Assembly: GCA_002762785.1 (NCBI GenBank)
Contig: PCXY01000005.1
Coordinates: forward strand, 188,796 to 252,795
DNA length: 64,000 nucleotides
Direction: 5' to 3'
From: Candidatus Woesearchaeota archaeon CG10_big_fil_rev_8_21_14_0_10_45_16
GTDB lineage: Archaea; Nanobdellota; Nanobdellia; Woesearchaeales; GW2011-AR9
In this document: positions 46,148 through 55,747 of the stretch, in pieces
Position numbering within the stretch: position 1 is the first letter of the stretch
Layout of the letters: every line of letters starts with the position of its first letter
Notes under the pieces: model-generated
What the model was told of the DNA's origin: nothing
What the model saw: the letters and a program-made list of their open reading frames with translations, nothing else
Databases searched by the model: none
Position numbers and translations under genes: made by a program

Positions 46148-48042
46148 GAGAACACCGCCAACAATTTAACCTCGACTTTGGTCTTCTCTTCCAATACATA
46201 ATCATAGTTCAATGTTGCAAAGAAGGTCTCGACTTTATATGATCCCTCAAATGAAGTATAATCAAACGGCAGATCAAGAAGACAAGTCTGAGTATAGATC
46301 TTCTCCGTCTTACGCTGGGCTTTATCAGCCGGAAGGAGTATGTTCTCATCACCAAGGCAGCGGTCGTTGCCGGCGCGTACTGAAAAGCCGTTCTCATCGA
46401 GAGTATCCATGTAAAAAGAGTTGATCTTGCTTACCTTGCCGCCCTGCCGATTTTCCACGGAAACGGTCAGTAAAGCATTATCACTTGACAAGATGAACGG
46501 ATCTTTTGAAGCCCGGCCAAACTCGAAATTAAGGCGGGCGAACTCCTCCGGAGATTGCGATAAAATATCCGCCTGTGAACGGAAATTATCCTGCTTGACG
46601 TCATCCTGCCAGCGTTCCAGGTCAAGCTCGTCCTTGAAGAAAGCTCTTTTCAACGTCGTGGTGGACTGCAAGTTGCCGATACCGGCTTTTAGGTTAAGAT
46701 CATAGACGCCTTCCAGATCTCCCGGGAAATTGCATAAGACTCTTATCAACTCATCTTTCTTGACGACAAAGCTAGGGTATTCCGGCCCGAGGATGATATG
46801 TGATGACGGCGGGGCTGAGGTAAGGCCGATCACCGTATCCCCTTTGATCTCCTGCGACCCTTTCTTGAGAGTACAGCCGATCTGCACGTCCAGTTCCTGG
46901 TTACGAGGATTTTTCAGGTCCAGGACAGCCGAAACGACAACCTTATCGCCTATCGAAGGAGATTTTTGGATATCGATAAATTTAGCTGAAGTAACCTCAT
47001 CAAAATTGCGGGCAACGCCGCCGGAAGCAGCCAGCTTCTCTTCCTGCTTGCGTTTTTTCTCAGCATCAAAACAGACCGCCTCATCAGAATACTGCCCTTG
47101 TTGTATCAGCTCATCGCAAAGATTACGGATCTCCGAATCCTCCTGCTGCTGAGAGACACAGTTTTCAACATCAGTAGGAGCTGAGAGGACACACTTCAAG
47201 TTTGACCAGACCGGGTTCTCTCTTTTGACCGACTGCTGCAGCCGCTGCTGAGCCTGCTCAAACTCAGCCGCCACTGGAGAAGAGACCTTCTCATAACCCA
47301 GATTCGGTACGACAGGAACTAGAAAGACAAAAACGATATAGACGATGCCGGCAATCTTCATAAGCCCGACGATGTTGCTTAATGTAGGACTTTCTATCTC
47401 CGGGATCAGGTATAAGCCAAAGAGAGCCCACCAGGGCATGAACACGACCATGTTCTCCAGCAGCGGCGTGATGTTCCACTGCACTTTCTCCAGCAGCCAC
47501 GGCAGCATGCCGATGTCCAGAAACAGGAAGATGACCGGAATGAAGCCCAGCATCTGCGCCTGCAGGCTTTCCCCTTTGGTGTAAAACATAGGAAGGACAA
47601 AGACTGCTGCAAATATAGATAAGAAACGCACTAGGAAACTGGCTGAATAATTGCCTTCAAAGACGAAATACCACAAGACAAAAGCCAGCATCGGCACCAG
47701 GATCAATAACCTATCTTTCTCTAATTTCTGAGCAAGAGCATAGCCGGATATGACGAAGAGGATCAGTGATAGAGTAAACGTAAATTCCGGCGCAGCCAAC
47801 GACCGCCGTAGAAAGTATTGGATGATCCCGCCGATGACGACCATGAAACTTAATGATTTCATCAGACGGATGGACGCTTCGGGAGATACCTTTGGCAGAG
47901 AGCGTTCCTTGGTCATGGCTTCCTTGACCACCGTAATCTGCTGCTGGCTGCGTTCTTTATCGTACGTTGTAGCCCAGTTCCAGATCGAGCCGGCAGCCCT
48001 GCGAACCTTTCCCGGCTTTTTATCTACTTCATCCTCTGCCAT
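46144..48042 (-). CDS. Polytopic membrane protein with a large extracytoplasmic C-terminal domain
   Basis: Six or more TM helices are followed by a ~380-aa soluble domain. The C-terminal 'LNYDYVLEEKTKVEV' resembles 'LEYDYEVTEQRTLRI' in the 45257 gene. Confidence 0.5.
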   Translation of the reverse strand: MAEDEVDKKPGKVRRAAGSIWNWATTYDKERSQQQITVVKEAMTKERSLPKVSPEASIRLMKSLSFMVVIGGIIQYFLRRSLAAPEFTFTLSLILFVISGYALAQKLEKDRLLILVPMLAFVLWYFVFEGNYSASFLVRFLSIFAAVFVLPMFYTKGESLQAQMLGFIPVIFLFLDIGMLPWLLEKVQWNITPLLENMVVFMPWWALFGLYLIPEIESPTLSNIVGLMKIAGIVYIVFVFLVPVVPNLGYEKVSSPVAAEFEQAQQRLQQSVKRENPVWSNLKCVLSAPTDVENCVSQQQEDSEIRNLCDELIQQGQYSDEAVCFDAEKKRKQEEKLAASGGVARNFDEVTSAKFIDIQKSPSIGDKVVVSAVLDLKNPRNQELDVQIGCTLKKGSQEIKGDTVIGLTSAPPSSHIILGPEYPSFVVKKDELIRVLCNFPGDLEGVYDLNLKAGIGNLQSTTTLKRAFFKDELDLERWQDDVKQDNFRSQADILSQSPEEFARLNFEFGRASKDPFILSSDNALLTVSVENRQGGKVSKINSFYMDTLDENGFSVRAGNDRCLGDENILLPADKAQRKTEKIYTQTCLLDLPFDYTSFEGSYKVETFFATLNYDYVLEEKTKVEVKLLAVFS

Positions 48043-48088
48043 TATCGCCTCTTTTTAAGAAAATAGAATACGCTGGTATATAAAAAGC

Positions 48089-48910
48089 TTACTTAAGGAG
48101 TCTACTTCTTTTAAGATGTAAATAATTTTTGCCGGAAACTACTTTTTCGCCCGTTTCTGCTTCGAGCTGCTTCCTAGCGACGCCAGCAACAGCCCCACCT
48201 TTTCGTGCAGCATCTCGATTCTCAGAAAAACCTTGCGCATCATTTTTACGGGCTATCTTTGTCGTTGAAGCCTCGCCCAGCATCGTGAATATCAATTCTA
48301 GATCATCCATGTGGTCGCGCAGATTCTCATGTTGAAGATTCTTAATTTCTTTATGTTCTCGAGGACTAAGATCAAAAGTAGCTTTAGATATTTCTGATGT
48401 TAGGATGGCAAATTCCTTTTTCCTTTCCACGCCCCTCTTATCCCATTCATCCGTCAATTCGTCTCTGATGGCGATGCCTCTCACCCTTCTTTCGATCCAA
48501 TCGTTGGGGTAACCTTTAGCTTTGTAGAGCTCTTTCATCCGTTTTTGAGCTAGTTCAGGATTTTCAATCTCTTTGACACGTTCGTAACCCACTTTAGCCA
48601 GCCACAACTTAAATGGCTCCGCTTTCTTGGAGGGGATAGACTGGATTAACCTAAAAGCGCCTTCAGTGTTGATGCAGTCTGTTAACCTCATCTTACTGTC
48701 GTTGGCCACCATCTTCAACCGGTTACAATTTGTAACCGTTTCAACCGATCCCTCCTGAAGAAGCCTATGCTTCAAAACTTTCCAGTAATTCCGAGCATCA
48801 TCACTTTCAGACAAGATACCAACGACATCAACGACAGAAAACCACCACTCTCCCTTATGCCAAGTCTTCCGTATGCTCTTACCTTCAAAGACAGCGATCG
48901 TGTTTTCCAT
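48089..48910 (-). CDS. DinD-like protein (Bro-N domain plus a DNA-damage-inducible protein D-like C-terminal domain)
   Basis: The N-terminal Bro-N segment is 'KTWHKGEWWFSVVDVVGIL'. The C-terminal 'HKEIKNLQHENLRDHMDDLELIFTMLGEASTTKIA' resembles DinD/KilA-C. Confidence 0.6.
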   Translation of the reverse strand: MENTIAVFEGKSIRKTWHKGEWWFSVVDVVGILSESDDARNYWKVLKHRLLQEGSVETVTNCNRLKMVANDSKMRLTDCINTEGAFRLIQSIPSKKAEPFKLWLAKVGYERVKEIENPELAQKRMKELYKAKGYPNDWIERRVRGIAIRDELTDEWDKRGVERKKEFAILTSEISKATFDLSPREHKEIKNLQHENLRDHMDDLELIFTMLGEASTTKIARKNDAQGFSENRDAARKGGAVAGVARKQLEAETGEKVVSGKNYLHLKRSRLLK

Positions 48911-49031
48911 GGGATTGATTATTGATTTGCCACTATATAAAGCCTACCCCAACTTGACCAGTGCGTCCAGTGCTTTATAAATAACCGTCTGAAACTAAAG
49001 AATTTGGAAGATAGAAGCCCTCTAGCACTGG

Positions 49032-50234
49032 TCACTTCAACAGCTCTATCTTCAGCTCACGGACTTCCATCGTCCTTTTGGGCTTGATCTTGATAGCATT
49101 GTTACCGCGGACGATATCATCACTGATGTCCATGGTATAAGAAACTTCTTTGGTATCAAACTGGTTGATATGGCCATTGACCAGCACGTCAGCTTCTTTA
49201 TCCGCAGTGACATCAACAAAGTCCAAGCGCAGACGCACTCTCCTGCGGTCACTGGTAACATCAAGATAATCCTCATGTGATATCTCAAAATAGAATGTCG
49301 GGAAATCAACTTCACGCAGTTTCGATTCCGCTACTACGTGGCTTAAGAGATAAGTGCCACTCTCGGCTCTGAAAGTGATGCGGTTCTCGCCTTTATTGAC
49401 AATCTCTGAAGAGAATTCGATCGGCACTGTCTCCAGTCCGCAGTCAGGAATCGCTTTGTAGATCTCGTTGCCGTTGACAGTCACGGTCAGAAGGCCGACT
49501 TGTCCATACTGGCAGTCAGGCTGGAACTTTAATGTGACCTTCTCCAGATTGTCTTTCTCAGTCTCTGATACCAGGAAGACGTTACGCGACACTTGCGCAT
49601 CCAGGTTCTGGACATCGCCGACAACTTTGACATTCTGAAGGATCGCTTCATTGGTGCGCCAGAAAGCCAGGCCGGGAGAAGAGACACTGAATACTACCGT
49701 GTTGTCTTCCGTAAGCATGTTCTTAGGCACACGGATGGGTTCTACAGCTCCGCCGGTGGCTGAACCTCTGAACAACTCTTGACCGTTAAGGGTGACGAAT
49801 AATTCTCCGACAAGCGATTCCACGTTGAAGCTGAGGAGAACATCGTCAGTGTTAGGAAGATCAGCGACAGGGAAACGGAACTCACTGGTCTGATCAGTAA
49901 AGACCGCCCGTTTGACTGAAACAACACTCTTCTCTGCTAAAATTTTGCTTTCGGTTGTGGTAAAGATGTTGACGACCGGCAGAGGATGTTCAATCTCCCT
50001 CTGGGCGAGATAATCTATACGGCCCGGTGATGTTTCCAGCAATACTTCCACTGACTTATCAACGGTAGAAGATCTGGTTCCTGAAGAGGTTCCAGACGTA
50101 TAATTTTGATCTAGTAATTCCGCACGTTCCTGCGGTGGCAGAAGGATGATAAATAATACCATGAGGCCTGCAATGATCAATAATAATACGGCTGCGCCCG
50201 CAGCTGCTCCTTGCTGACCTCTTTTTGAATCCAT
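49032..50234 (-). CDS. Single-pass membrane-anchored protein with a large beta-rich ectodomain; function unknown
   Basis: The start was trimmed to 'MDSKRGQQ' and followed by a TM helix. The track's 5' extension looks non-coding. Confidence 0.5.
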   Translation of the reverse strand: MDSKRGQQGAAAGAAVLLLIIAGLMVLFIILLPPQERAELLDQNYTSGTSSGTRSSTVDKSVEVLLETSPGRIDYLAQREIEHPLPVVNIFTTTESKILAEKSVVSVKRAVFTDQTSEFRFPVADLPNTDDVLLSFNVESLVGELFVTLNGQELFRGSATGGAVEPIRVPKNMLTEDNTVVFSVSSPGLAFWRTNEAILQNVKVVGDVQNLDAQVSRNVFLVSETEKDNLEKVTLKFQPDCQYGQVGLLTVTVNGNEIYKAIPDCGLETVPIEFSSEIVNKGENRITFRAESGTYLLSHVVAESKLREVDFPTFYFEISHEDYLDVTSDRRRVRLRLDFVDVTADKEADVLVNGHINQFDTKEVSYTMDISDDIVRGNNAIKIKPKRTMEVRELKIELLK

Positions 50235-50290
50235 CTCTTTCTTACAAAATATTGTTATATATAAAATATTCTGTTTTCGTGAAGACAAAT

Positions 50291-50298
50291 TTTTATAG
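50291..50298 (+). promoter_or_regulatory. TATA box for pelota (leaderless)
   Basis: 'ttttatag' is centred about 25 nt upstream of the ATG at 50320. Confidence 0.45.
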
Positions 50299-50319
50299 TC
50301 TGCTCTTTTCAGTCTAGAT

Positions 50320-51372
50320 ATGGACCTCATAAAACATAATTTCAAGACCGGCATCGTGCAGCTGCGGGTGACCGACCTGGACGACCTCTGGTATCTGCGG
50401 CAGATCATCGACCCCGGCGACTTGATAACTGGCAAGACTACCCGGAAGGTCAAGATCGGCGATAGTGAGAACGCCAAAGTTGTCAAAAAGACCCTTACCC
50501 TTAAGGTTGAAGCAGAGACCATCGAGTTTGGGGAAGACAATTCCAGCCTCCGCGTCAACGGCCGTATCCGGGAAGGGCCTGAAGACATTCCCCGAGACAG
50601 TTATCATGCTATTACTTTAAGCGAAGGGACTGAGTTCACGATACAGAAGACACAATGGCTTTCCTATCAGCGGCAAAAGCTCGAAGAAGCAGCAGAGAAA
50701 AGGTTCAGCTACTTGTTATGCCTTTTCGACAGGGAAGAAGCTTTATTTGCTCTTACAAAAAAATACGGATTTGAAGTCTTGGTCAAGATCAAAGGTGAAG
50801 TGCCTAAGAAAGACAAAGCGCAGCAGATCACCAAAGACTTTCAGCAAGAGATCATCAAAGCCCTGGATGTCTACGCCGGCCGCTATAACCCAGAACATAT
50901 CATCCTGGCTTCTCCCGCGTTCTATAAAGAAGATCTGGTAAAGAAGATAAAAGATAAAGAACTGCTGAAGAAGATAGTCCTTGGCGTCTGTTCAGAAGTA
51001 GACGAAAGCGCGTTAAATGAAGTCATGCGCCGGCCGGAACTGGCAGCAACCTTAAAAGATAGTAAAGCCCGGGAAGAACAGTTATTAGTAGAAGAGCTGC
51101 TTACCGAGATAAATAAACAAGGTAAAGCAGTCTACGGCTGGCAGGACGTGAAAAATGCAGCCGCATCTGGAGCCATCCAAAGTCTGCTGATAACGGATGC
51201 GTTTATCCAGAAAAAAAGAGAAGAAGGAAAGTTTGCCGAAGTGGACGAACTATTGAAAGTGATAGATACTTTGCAGGCGCCGATCCACATAATATCCACG
51301 GAACACGACGGCGGACAGAGGTTGTCAGGCCTCTCGGGCATCGCCGCTCTTCTTCGCTACAAGCTCTCTTGA
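50320..51372 (+). CDS. pelA: Pelota (Dom34) mRNA surveillance factor
   Basis: An eRF1-like three-domain layout and 'LLITD' are present in a 350-aa protein. Confidence 0.85.
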   Translation: MDLIKHNFKTGIVQLRVTDLDDLWYLRQIIDPGDLITGKTTRKVKIGDSENAKVVKKTLTLKVEAETIEFGEDNSSLRVNGRIREGPEDIPRDSYHAITLSEGTEFTIQKTQWLSYQRQKLEEAAEKRFSYLLCLFDREEALFALTKKYGFEVLVKIKGEVPKKDKAQQITKDFQQEIIKALDVYAGRYNPEHIILASPAFYKEDLVKKIKDKELLKKIVLGVCSEVDESALNEVMRRPELAATLKDSKAREEQLLVEELLTEINKQGKAVYGWQDVKNAAASGAIQSLLITDAFIQKKREEGKFAEVDELLKVIDTLQAPIHIISTEHDGGQRLSGLSGIAALLRYKLS

Positions 51373-51472
51373 AACGCTATCGTTGTAAAACCACAACCTT
51401 TTAATAGTAGTTTGTTTTACTGATGGACAAGTAACAAAAAAAGAGTTTGTGAAAAAAGGAGGGGTTTTGAAA

Positions 51473-52267
51473 ATGATCGTTAAAGACGAATTATTAGGTA
51501 CACTTCGGCGCCATTTTGATCTTAATCTTTACGAAGTGAAATTGTGGACAGCACTGCTGAGCCGCGGCGTTTCCACCGCTGGTGAATTATCTGACATCGC
51601 TGATGTTCCAAGAAGCAGAAGTTATGATGTTCTTGAATCATTGGAGAAAAAAGGTTTTGTAGTCATGAAGTTAGGAAAACCTATCAAGTATATCGCAATC
51701 CCGCCGGGAGAAGTTGTCGATAGAGTGAGAAAAAACATGAACGTGGAAGCGCAGGAAAAAGTAAAGCGCTTAGAGAGTGTCAAAGGCTCCACATTGATGG
51801 AAGAACTGGAAACCCTTCATACCCAAGGTATCGCTTTGATCGATCCAGCAGAGATGAGCGGCTGCCTGCGCGGCAGGAACAACCTCTATAACCATCTTGA
51901 TCTTCTTATCAAAGATGCCAAGAAGAGTGTTAACATCATGACTTCTGACACCGGTTTCATGCGAAAAGCAGAGGGTCTGCGCCCTAGTTTAGAGAAAGCA
52001 AAGAAGCGCGGCGTCGCGGTCAAGATCATGGCTCCGATCACCAAAGAAAACAAAATGGTGGCTGACAGTCTTAAAGCGATAGCCCAGATCAAGCATACTG
52101 ACAAAATAAAATCGCGGTTTGTCACTGTCGACAGTAAAGACATGGTCTTCATGACTCTAGACGACAAGCAAGTACATCCCTCCTATGATCTGGGAGTATG
52201 GGTAAAGACGCCTTACTTCACGACGGCGATGGACCAGATGTTCAACAGCTTGTGGATGCAGAAGTAA
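51473..52267 (+). CDS. TrmB-family transcriptional regulator
   Basis: An N-terminal wHTH 'ELSDIADVPRSRSYDVLESLEKKGFV' is present. A GGAGG RBS lies 7 nt upstream of the ATG, whereas the track start is a GTG. Confidence 0.65.
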   Translation: MIVKDELLGTLRRHFDLNLYEVKLWTALLSRGVSTAGELSDIADVPRSRSYDVLESLEKKGFVVMKLGKPIKYIAIPPGEVVDRVRKNMNVEAQEKVKRLESVKGSTLMEELETLHTQGIALIDPAEMSGCLRGRNNLYNHLDLLIKDAKKSVNIMTSDTGFMRKAEGLRPSLEKAKKRGVAVKIMAPITKENKMVADSLKAIAQIKHTDKIKSRFVTVDSKDMVFMTLDDKQVHPSYDLGVWVKTPYFTTAMDQMFNSLWMQK

Positions 52268-52344
52268 TTTTTTATCTCTCTTTTTTTCTCTGTTTTAGTT
52301 TGATATGGGAAACTTTTATAATCATCGATGGGATTGATAGATTG

Positions 52345-52746
52345 ATGGAAAATAAAGACCTGAATAAAGTGATAAAGTCAAGCCCAGTAGTAATCCATAA
52401 GGGAAGATACGCTTATCTTAAGAGTAAAGAGAAAGGCTTGAATGACCATTTTCTGATAAGTCAGGATAAAGATGAGATAACGATCGTGACAGAAGAGGGA
52501 AATCTTCATTCTTTAAGATATGAAGAGGAAGTGAAATGGTTCAAACTATTTGAATTTAAAGTGTCGATGCCGTTCCTTGCTCCTGGATTCCTGGCTAAGA
52601 TTACGGAAACAGTCGCTGACAAAGGATTGAATATCTTGATCGTGTCTACATTTTCTAAAGATTACGCTTTGATCAAAGAAGAAAACTTTAAGACGGCGAT
52701 GGAAGCTCTTGAAACTGTCGGTTTTAAGATTGAAGTTGAAAAATGA
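52345..52746 (+). CDS. Small conserved hypothetical protein with a possible ACT-like regulatory domain
   Basis: The 133-aa protein starts at the 'MENKD' ATG. The track's 5' extension overlaps trmB and is unlikely to be real. Confidence 0.4.
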   Translation: MENKDLNKVIKSSPVVIHKGRYAYLKSKEKGLNDHFLISQDKDEITIVTEEGNLHSLRYEEEVKWFKLFEFKVSMPFLAPGFLAKITETVADKGLNILIVSTFSKDYALIKEENFKTAMEALETVGFKIEVEK

Positions 52747-52763
52747 TCTTATTTCGTCTTCAA

Positions 52764-54986
52764 CTATTTCACTTTCAACTTATTCTTAAATTCTTCTAAA
52801 GAAGCATAACCCTTCTGTTTCATGATCTCTTGCAGTTCTTTGACGATCCTCTCAAATGCCGGCGTGTCTTCCTGCATGAACACCGTCCCGAGCTGCACCG
52901 CATCCGCCCCTGCCAAAATATACTCAAAGACATCTTTGCCGGAAGTGATGCCGCCGACACCGATAACCTGGATCTCTGGTCTCAACAATTCTCTAAACTT
53001 GCGGACGTTGGAAAGGCCGAACGGCTTTATGGAAGTTCCGCCGACACCGCCGAAGCCGCCTTTGGGCTTGATGACCGCTTCTTCCGTCTCTGGATCGATA
53101 ACCAGACCGTTTCCGAGACTGTTGACACAGGTGACGAAACTGACGCTGCTTTGGTTAAGGATGTCAGCCATCTCCTGGAAATGAGCAAAGTCAAAATACG
53201 GCGGCAGCTTGACACCAAATGGTTTGGTACAGACTTCGGAAACTTGTTTAAGAACTTCTTTTGACTGTTCAAAGTCGTAGCCAACCTGCGGTTTGCCGAT
53301 GACGTTGGGACAAGAAAGGTTAAGTTCGATGAGATCGATCTCTTCCACGGCAGACAGTTCTTTCAGCATCACCAGGTTATCAGCAAGAGAAAGGCCGGAG
53401 ACGCTGACGATGCAAGGTTTTCCATGCTGCTTCAATCCAGGGATGGTCTCGGCATATCTCTGGTAGCCAAGGTTGCACAAGCCGTTGGAGTTGATTGAGT
53501 TTTGAGAAAAATCATGATACCGTGGTTCAGGATTACCATCCCTCGGTTCCAGAGTGCAGGACTTGGTCATGATCGCCGATGAGACTGAGGCTCCCAAGAG
53601 TTCTAATTCTTCCTCCGTCGTGCATCTGGGACCAGCCGCATTGAAGATAGGATGCTGGAAAGGGACGCCTCCTATCATGGTAGAAAGATCAAGGTTCTGC
53701 GCGAAATGTACTTCTTGTCCTTTGGCCTCTTCATAGATCCGGCCTCTTTCAAAAGCTACTTGTCCGTTGACGATAGTCATCACCGGCCAGCCTTTGATGG
53801 TCATGCCATGAAATGGCGTCCAGCCGCACTTAGAGAACTGCGCCTCGTCAGAGATTATGCCTTCCCGTTCCAGGTCGATGACGCAGATATCAGCGTGATA
53901 GCCTTCTTTCAGTTCGCCGCGGTTTTCGATGTAGAATATCCTGGCGGGATTGGTCGAAGTCAGTCTTATGACATCAAGAAGCGTCAGCTTATTCTCATGG
54001 ACAGCATTCAGAAGGAGAGGCAGCATCGTCTGCACGCCAGGGACACCGCACGGCGCCTGCTGGAATTCACGGTTCTTTTCCTCTTTGGTATGTGGAGCGT
54101 GATCAGTCGCTATCATGTCCACGACACCGTCACGGATACCAGTCCAGAGGGCTTCCTGATCTTCCACATAGCGAAGAGGGGGATTCATCTTGCCCAAATT
54201 TTTTTTCTGAATGAAGAAAGCCTCAGTTAAGAACAGATGATGCGGACAGACTTCGCAAGTCACTTTAGTTGTCTTGTTCTTCTGCAGGAATTCCATCTCT
54301 GCTTTGGTGCTGCAATGAGCGATATGGAGCGGTCTGTCAAGATACGAGGAGATGGTTATCGCTTCGGCCAGGCTAGTTACTGCGCAGAGAGCGTCCCGCA
54401 TCTTGTGGTGAAGCTGTGAGTTTCCATGAAGATGATTGAAGTGACGGATGAGCTGTTCGTTCTCAGCGTGGACGACCACAGGTCTTCTGGAATTTTGTAG
54501 AATTTCCGCAAAGACGCCAAGATCATCAGTCAGATAGTTTCCGGTGCTGCTGCCCAGATATACTTTGATACCGGCGATATTCTTCTGGCGGAGATTATCT
54601 TTGTTTTCGACACAGCCCAGCAGATAAAAACCGTAATTGACAATGCTCTTCATGGCCAGCTCTCTTTTTTCTTTAAGCTGTTCTTCGAAGACTGTGGGAG
54701 GGTTATTGTTAGGCATGTCCAGGATAGTCGTGACGCCGCCGGCAGCAGCCGCTTTCGAACCGGAAAGGAAATCTTCTTTATGGGTCGCACCCGGCTCACG
54801 GAAATGGACATGCGCGTCGATGAGGCCAGGGATGACATGCTTGCCGGCACAGTCGACGACAGTCTCATATTGCTCTGGAAGAAGATTAGGCTTGATCTCA
54901 GCGATAAGACCGTCTTTGATGCGAAGGTCGGCGGCGATGAAACCACCTTTCTCTACAGAATGGACCTTGCCGTTTTTAAGAAGCAT
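52764..54986 (-). CDS. Fusion protein with an N-terminal dihydroorotase and a C-terminal class 1A dihydroorotate dehydrogenase
   Basis: The N-terminal 'IDAHVHFREPG' is the cyclic amidohydrolase motif. The C-terminal half aligns along its length with L. lactis PyrDa-type DHODH, including 'NLSCPN' with the catalytic Cys and 'GGFGGVGG'. The frame is continuous for 740 aa. Confidence 0.75.
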   Translation of the reverse strand: MLLKNGKVHSVEKGGFIAADLRIKDGLIAEIKPNLLPEQYETVVDCAGKHVIPGLIDAHVHFREPGATHKEDFLSGSKAAAAGGVTTILDMPNNNPPTVFEEQLKEKRELAMKSIVNYGFYLLGCVENKDNLRQKNIAGIKVYLGSSTGNYLTDDLGVFAEILQNSRRPVVVHAENEQLIRHFNHLHGNSQLHHKMRDALCAVTSLAEAITISSYLDRPLHIAHCSTKAEMEFLQKNKTTKVTCEVCPHHLFLTEAFFIQKKNLGKMNPPLRYVEDQEALWTGIRDGVVDMIATDHAPHTKEEKNREFQQAPCGVPGVQTMLPLLLNAVHENKLTLLDVIRLTSTNPARIFYIENRGELKEGYHADICVIDLEREGIISDEAQFSKCGWTPFHGMTIKGWPVMTIVNGQVAFERGRIYEEAKGQEVHFAQNLDLSTMIGGVPFQHPIFNAAGPRCTTEEELELLGASVSSAIMTKSCTLEPRDGNPEPRYHDFSQNSINSNGLCNLGYQRYAETIPGLKQHGKPCIVSVSGLSLADNLVMLKELSAVEEIDLIELNLSCPNVIGKPQVGYDFEQSKEVLKQVSEVCTKPFGVKLPPYFDFAHFQEMADILNQSSVSFVTCVNSLGNGLVIDPETEEAVIKPKGGFGGVGGTSIKPFGLSNVRKFRELLRPEIQVIGVGGITSGKDVFEYILAGADAVQLGTVFMQEDTPAFERIVKELQEIMKQKGYASLEEFKNKLKVK

Positions 54987-55068
54987 GATTGTTTTCTATG
55001 ACGATCGTATAAAAAGATTTGGATGGTGGAAGAGATAGGCTCTTTAGTTATTGTCCACTTCCCATAAA

Positions 55069-55080
55069 TTTATATAAAAA
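55069..55080 (+). promoter_or_regulatory. TATA box for pyrE
   Basis: 'tttatataaaaa' is centred about 25 nt upstream of the ATG at 55099. Confidence 0.4.
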
Positions 55081-55098
55081 ATGTTTCTACTCAAAACC

Positions 55099-55740
55099 AT
55101 GGATTACAAAGAGGCGATAGCATTGGAGCTGTTGAGCATAAAAGCTGTTTCTTTGCGCACCAATCCGCCGTATACCTGGACTTCAGGTATCAAGGCGCCG
55201 ATCTATACTGACAATAGATTGATAATCTCTTTCCCTGATGTGCGGGAGAAAGTCATCGATGGTTTCAAAAGGATGATAAAAGATAATGATCTAGAGTTTG
55301 ATGTGATCGCCGGCACGGCTACGGCAGCGGTGCCGTTCGCCAGTTTTCTAGCCTGGGAATTGAAGAAGCCGCTGGTGTACATCCGCCATAAAGCCAAAGA
55401 GTATGGCGCCAGCAAACAGATCGAAGGGACGATGCCGGAAGGGGCGAGGGTACTTATTGTAGAAGACCTGATCTCCACCGGAGGCAGTGCCATCAGGTCG
55501 GTGGAAGCCTGCCGTAACGAGTATAAAGCAGATGTGGTCGGCGTGATAGCCGTGTTCAACTATCAGATGCATGAAGCTGTGAGCAATTTCTCAAAAGCTG
55601 AATGTTCTCTTCATACTTTAAGCAACTTTTCAACATTGGTGGAAGTCGCTGCCGAGCAGAACTATTTACGGACTGAAGATAAAGAGAAGGTCCTGCAATG
55701 GGCGGCTGATCCGGAAGGCTGGTATAATGCAACCTACTGA
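55099..55740 (+). CDS. pyrE: Orotate phosphoribosyltransferase
   Basis: The PRPP-binding motif 'VLIVEDLISTGGS' is present. The start was moved to the second ATG because the first abuts the TATA box. Confidence 0.8.
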   Translation: MDYKEAIALELLSIKAVSLRTNPPYTWTSGIKAPIYTDNRLIISFPDVREKVIDGFKRMIKDNDLEFDVIAGTATAAVPFASFLAWELKKPLVYIRHKAKEYGASKQIEGTMPEGARVLIVEDLISTGGSAIRSVEACRNEYKADVVGVIAVFNYQMHEAVSNFSKAECSLHTLSNFSTLVEVAAEQNYLRTEDKEKVLQWAADPEGWYNATY

Positions 55741-55747
55741 AAAAGAG

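Noticed and set aside
50235-50588. The 49032 gene's track ORF carries a 118-codon 5' extension, and the GC-rich gene's track start at 62360 overlaps the rpl14e stop.
   Set aside because: The extensions run through AT-rich promoter DNA with TATA boxes or overlap a neighbouring conserved gene. The starts were moved to the first sensible downstream Met.
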